DNA of 50,340 bases, from the NCBI GenBank assembly GCA_040380025.1, contig JBEIJY010000016.1:1-50340 (forward strand), written 5' to 3'. The number at the start of each line of letters is the position of its first letter. The first letter of the stretch is position 1. Made by a program: the position numbers and the translations under genes. Positions 47,005-50,340 of this stretch are shown piece by piece. Origin of the DNA: Bdellovibrionales bacterium (GTDB lineage: Bacteria > Bdellovibrionota > UBA1018 > CAIMNF01). The notes below the pieces were generated by a model that worked only from the letters and a program-made list of their open reading frames with translations, had not been told where the DNA came from and ran no database searches.

Positions 47005-47389
47005 GAAGCTCCGAGAGCGCCCGCATGGCGTCGGTCGTAGTGAAGATGCCCACCAGTTGATGGTGATCCATCACGAGAGCCGATCCGATCCTGCGCTCGG
47101 CAAGCTCGGCCGCCACTTCATCGAGCTTGGCTTGAGGACTCACTTGGTAGGGATCCTCGAGCGCGAAGTCCTGCACGCGGGTCAGGATCGGGTTCACCCC
47201 GTTCAAGCCGAGCGCCATCTTCACGTCCCGGTCGGTCAGGATTCCCACGAGCTTTCCTCCCGAGAGCACGGGGAGGTGCCGGATTTCATGTTTCTTCATG
47301 AAATCCCGGGCGGTAGCAAGCGATTGCTCGGCTCCGATCGTATGGGGAATCGGGGTCATGTATTTTTGGATTTCCGGGATGGGTTTCAT
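46982..47389 (-). CDS. CBS-pair domain protein
   Basis: IRHLPV...LVGILTDRD and IGSALV...LVGIFTTTD. Confidence 0.92.
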   Translation of the reverse strand: MKPIPEIQKYMTPIPHTIGAEQSLATARDFMKKHEIRHLPVLSGGKLVGILTDRDVKMALGLNGVNPILTRVQDFALEDPYQVSPQAKLDEVAAELAERRIGSALVMDHHQLVGIFTTTDAMRALSELLRTRLQK

Positions 47390-47488
47390 GTCTCAATTCT
47401 CAGGACAATTTATCCCTTTTGCCCCGGTGCCGGGGAGGGCCGTCCTGCCTTTCTTGATGCGTAATAGCGCGAAACCTTGCGGATTTCG

Positions 47489-47502
47489 TTGACTCGCATC
47501 AA
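47489..47502. promoter_or_regulatory. FNR-type box
   Basis: TTGAC-TCGC-ATCAA, one mismatch to TTGAT-N4-ATCAA, between the divergent CBS and Crp/Fnr genes. Confidence 0.65.
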
Positions 47503-47550
47503 TTGCGCACTGTTTTTGCTTTGGGTCGGGTGAAGAAAAGGAGATTCGTC

Positions 47551-48171
47551 ATGATTCCAGATGAGAACTTGATCAATGAAGCAATCCAGGAACTCGAAAA
47601 AAGGGGAGGTGTCGTTCGAATGAGGTTCAAGCCCGACCAGACCCTGTTTGACTCCGGAAATGAGGCCGCGGGCACCTACTGGATCCGTCAGGGGCAGGTC
47701 AAGCTCGAGTCGATCGATCCTGCCGGGAAGACGCATTTTTTGCACGTGATCACCGGCTCCAAGGTGTTGGGCCTCGGGGCGTACCTCTTCAATCGGCCGC
47801 ATGCGTATCATGCACGGGCGCTCGGTGAGGTGAGCGTGATCTGGCTGGACCGGGTGAACACCCGGAAATTCATGGAGCAGAATCCGCGGGTCATGGAGCC
47901 GCTCATGCGCCAGCTCGGAGAGGAGCTCGAACTCCTGGAGCGCAGGCTCCGTTCGGCGTATTCTTTGGATGCGGTAGAGCGCGTATTCGAGACGATTTCG
48001 TACCTCAAGAAATGCGATCCCGTCCGCGTATGGACCCGCACCGAGATCGCCGAGTGGGCCGGGACCACGCCCGAAACGGTGGCGCGCTCGATCGGGGCGC
48101 TCCGCGAGGACGGCCGGATCTTCACCGAAGGCCGGAGAATCGTGATCCTCCGGAACAAGCTCCTGAACTGA
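47551..48171 (+). CDS. Crp/Fnr-family transcriptional regulator
   Basis: cNMP-like domain (Y.I..G.VKL) and HTH TR.EIAEWAGTTPETVAR; SD AGGAG. No FNR-type Cys cluster. Confidence 0.9.
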   Translation: MIPDENLINEAIQELEKRGGVVRMRFKPDQTLFDSGNEAAGTYWIRQGQVKLESIDPAGKTHFLHVITGSKVLGLGAYLFNRPHAYHARALGEVSVIWLDRVNTRKFMEQNPRVMEPLMRQLGEELELLERRLRSAYSLDAVERVFETISYLKKCDPVRVWTRTEIAEWAGTTPETVARSIGALREDGRIFTEGRRIVILRNKLLN

Positions 48172-48180
48172 ATCCGGGAT

Positions 48181-48909
48181 TCACAGCAAGGCGGAGGATT
48201 CGGAGTCGAGAAACCAGGTCACCGAAGGGTGGCTCTGGAGCGAGCTCGCCGGCAGGGTGCGGGTGGGCACTTCGCGAATCGCACCGCGGACCGCACGCGC
48301 CTTGTTTTTGCCCAAGGCCACGACGATGATTTTCTTTGCCTCGAGGAGGGTGCCGATGCCCATGGTGAGCGCATGGGTGAAAGGCGCGGTTCCGTTGAAG
48401 TTCGAGAGCAAGGTCTCGGGATGGAGCGCGATCGCGCGGGTGCGCGAAAAAAACTCGGATCCCGGCTCATTGAACGCGATGTGGCCGTTCGTTCCGATTC
48501 CGAGAATGGCGAGATCGATTCCGCCGCAGTCGCGGATCCGTTCCTCGAAGTCATCGCATTCGATCATGAAGTTCTCCGTCCCGGAGTCGAGAGCGAATCT
48601 CGCCCGGGGCGGGGTCTTCAGCCGCGAAAAAAAATGCTCATCGAGATAATTCTTGAAGCTCAGATGTGCCAGATACTTCGGGACCGGATAGTACTCATCG
48701 AGACCGAAGCAGGTCCAGCGGGCGACCGCGAGCGGTTCTTCCTGCTCGGCCGCGATCCGGTAAAAGGGAATCATGGTGTTTCCGGTGGGGAGGGCGAGCA
48801 CGGGGTTTCGTCCCTGCGAAACAAGCGCGCGCACTTCTGTCGAAAGGTGCTCGACCAGCGCATAATAAAGGGCGTTCGCATTCCCATGGCGTTGAAGGTT
48901 CGGGCTCAT
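48181..48909 (-). CDS. nagB: Glucosamine-6-phosphate deaminase
   Basis: LPTG.T, LDEY, GIG.NGHIAFNEPGS, ALTMGIGT and PAS.LQ.HP. Confidence 0.93.
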   Translation of the reverse strand: MSPNLQRHGNANALYYALVEHLSTEVRALVSQGRNPVLALPTGNTMIPFYRIAAEQEEPLAVARWTCFGLDEYYPVPKYLAHLSFKNYLDEHFFSRLKTPPRARFALDSGTENFMIECDDFEERIRDCGGIDLAILGIGTNGHIAFNEPGSEFFSRTRAIALHPETLLSNFNGTAPFTHALTMGIGTLLEAKKIIVVALGKNKARAVRGAIREVPTRTLPASSLQSHPSVTWFLDSESSALL

Positions 48910-48953
48910 CGGTTGGACGGATCGTATCACACGTGGTAGGCCTGTCCACGAGT

Positions 48954-49433
48954 ATGAAAAGCCTGCAAGAGACCCATGCGCCGAACAGTATTTGTTTTGG
49001 CTGCGGCCCCGCGAACGCGAAGGGCCTGCGAATCCGTAGTTTTGTGGAACCGGACGGAAGCGTCATCGCCGAGTTCCGTCCCGAGCCCCATCACGAGGCG
49101 TTTCCCGGGATGCTGAACGGGGGCATTATGGGAGCGCTCCTCGATTGCCACTCGAACTGGACTGCAGCATACACCCTCATGAGCCGCGCGGGGCTTTCGG
49201 CCCCCCCCTGCACCGTGACGGCGGAATTCCATGTGAAGCTAAGGGCGCCCACGCCTTCGGGGCAAATCGTGCGATTGCGGGCCCGCGCCATCGAAGTCCG
49301 AGAGGATCGTGCAGTCATCGAAGCGCAGGCGTTCACCGTCGGATCGGATGGCACCGAAAAACTCACTGCAACTTGCCTTGGAACCTTTGTTGCCGTGAAA
49401 GAAGGCCATCCGGCCTTTCATCGGTGGGGGTAA
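48954..49433 (+). CDS. PaaI-family hotdog thioesterase
   Basis: CFGCGPAN..GL, LNGGI...LLDCH, VTAEF.VKL..PTP and HPAFHRW. Confidence 0.88.
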   Translation: MKSLQETHAPNSICFGCGPANAKGLRIRSFVEPDGSVIAEFRPEPHHEAFPGMLNGGIMGALLDCHSNWTAAYTLMSRAGLSAPPCTVTAEFHVKLRAPTPSGQIVRLRARAIEVREDRAVIEAQAFTVGSDGTEKLTATCLGTFVAVKEGHPAFHRWG

Positions 49434-49438
49434 GACCG

Positions 49439-50206
49439 ATGAAGATCGTTTCGTGGAATGTGAACGGGTACCGCGCCATATTGGGCAAAGGCTTTCAAAA
49501 ATGGTTTCACTCGGTGGACGCCGATGTCGTGGGGCTTCAGGAAGTGAAAGCGCATCGTGAGGCCGTCGATTCAAAACTGCTCGAGTACGAAGGGTACCAG
49601 TGCTTCTGGCATGCAGCGAAGAAACCGGGCTACAGCGGGACTGCGATTTGGACCCGCGTCGAGCCGCTTGCGTATCGGGAAGGCTTCGGGAATCCCAAGA
49701 TCGACGACGAAGGACGAGTGCAGATCTTGGAGTTCCGGGATTTTCATCTGCTGAACTGTTATTTTCCGAATTCGCAGGATGAGCGCGCACGCTTGGGCTA
49801 CAAGCTCGAGTTTTGCTCCGAGATCCAGGACTATTGTTCCGCCGTCATGAAAAAGGGCAAGGGCGTCATCGTTCAGGGTGATCTGAATGTCGCCCACACC
49901 GAACTCGACATCAAGAATGCGAAGTCGAATGTGGATTCTCCGGGGTTTTATATCGAAGAACGCGAGTGGATGACCGGATTCCTGAAAACCGGAATGCGCG
50001 ATGTCTTCCGGGAGCGGTATCCGGGCGAGACCGGCCTCTACACCTGGTGGAGTTACCGCGCGAATGCGCGTGCGAACAACACGGGCTGGCGGATCGATTA
50101 TCATATCGTGAGCTCGAATCTGGTCGAGCGCGTCCGCGACATCGATCATCAAAGGAATGTCTTCGGCTCGGACCATTGCCCAGTCTGGATGGAGCTCCAA
50201 GATTGA
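49439..50206 (+). CDS. xth: Exodeoxyribonuclease III
   Basis: SWNVNG.RA, LQEVK, GYSG, EGR, YFPN, GDLNVAH, YTWWSYR, GWRIDY and SDHCP. Confidence 0.96.
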   Translation: MKIVSWNVNGYRAILGKGFQKWFHSVDADVVGLQEVKAHREAVDSKLLEYEGYQCFWHAAKKPGYSGTAIWTRVEPLAYREGFGNPKIDDEGRVQILEFRDFHLLNCYFPNSQDERARLGYKLEFCSEIQDYCSAVMKKGKGVIVQGDLNVAHTELDIKNAKSNVDSPGFYIEEREWMTGFLKTGMRDVFRERYPGETGLYTWWSYRANARANNTGWRIDYHIVSSNLVERVRDIDHQRNVFGSDHCPVWMELQD

Positions 50207-50209
50207 TTT

Positions 50210-50340
50210 TTTGGCAAGGCAGCGCGTTTCTTGAAAAAAGAGGTTAGCCGGCGAGCCGGGGCGGCCGGGCTGGCTGTGGCCGCCGGGGGCGGGGGAGGGG
50301 GCGGACCGCTTTTTTCATGAAAAGCGCGGGCGTGGCCAAA
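50210..50340. repeat. Imperfect ~37-bp inverted repeat enclosing a G-rich core
   Basis: 50210-50245 vs reverse complement of 50304-50340 match at 29/37 aligned positions (hand count). Confidence 0.6.

Noticed and set aside
1..50340. CRISPR arrays, IS elements, prophage and defence systems
   Set aside because: By eye I found no regularly spaced repeats, cas, transposase, integrase or phage genes.

Overview
This is a gene-dense, GC-rich bacterial chromosomal segment with about 48 CDS and one tRNA-Leu(UAA). I found no CRISPR array, rRNA, integrase or transposase. Gene content and a lipoprotein RxPAS motif tentatively suggest a Bdellovibrionota-like organism (inference only). Housekeeping genes include mtaB-rnc-era-der, tyrS, murI, a DEAD-box helicase, typA, rpmB, nagB and xth. 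The standout is a tightly coupled minus-strand operon (30518-35698): CoA-acylating (methyl)malonate-semialdehyde dehydrogenase, URC1-like GTP cyclohydrolase II, URC4/DUF1688, upp and udk. It looks like a bacterial, oxidative variant of the yeast URC uracil-catabolism pathway. Directly upstream on the same strand lies selD-selU-GT2 glycosyltransferase-selO. Other observations: a frameshifted SCDase-like M19 amidohydrolase; a receiver-domain gene whose stop codon lies in the antisense of the tRNA anticodon loop; recurrent apparently leaderless promoters; palindromic boxes upstream of two CBS genes; several uncharacterised secreted proteins; and an imperfect fold-back, G-rich structure at the window end. 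All functional calls come from motif recognition by eye; no searches were run.
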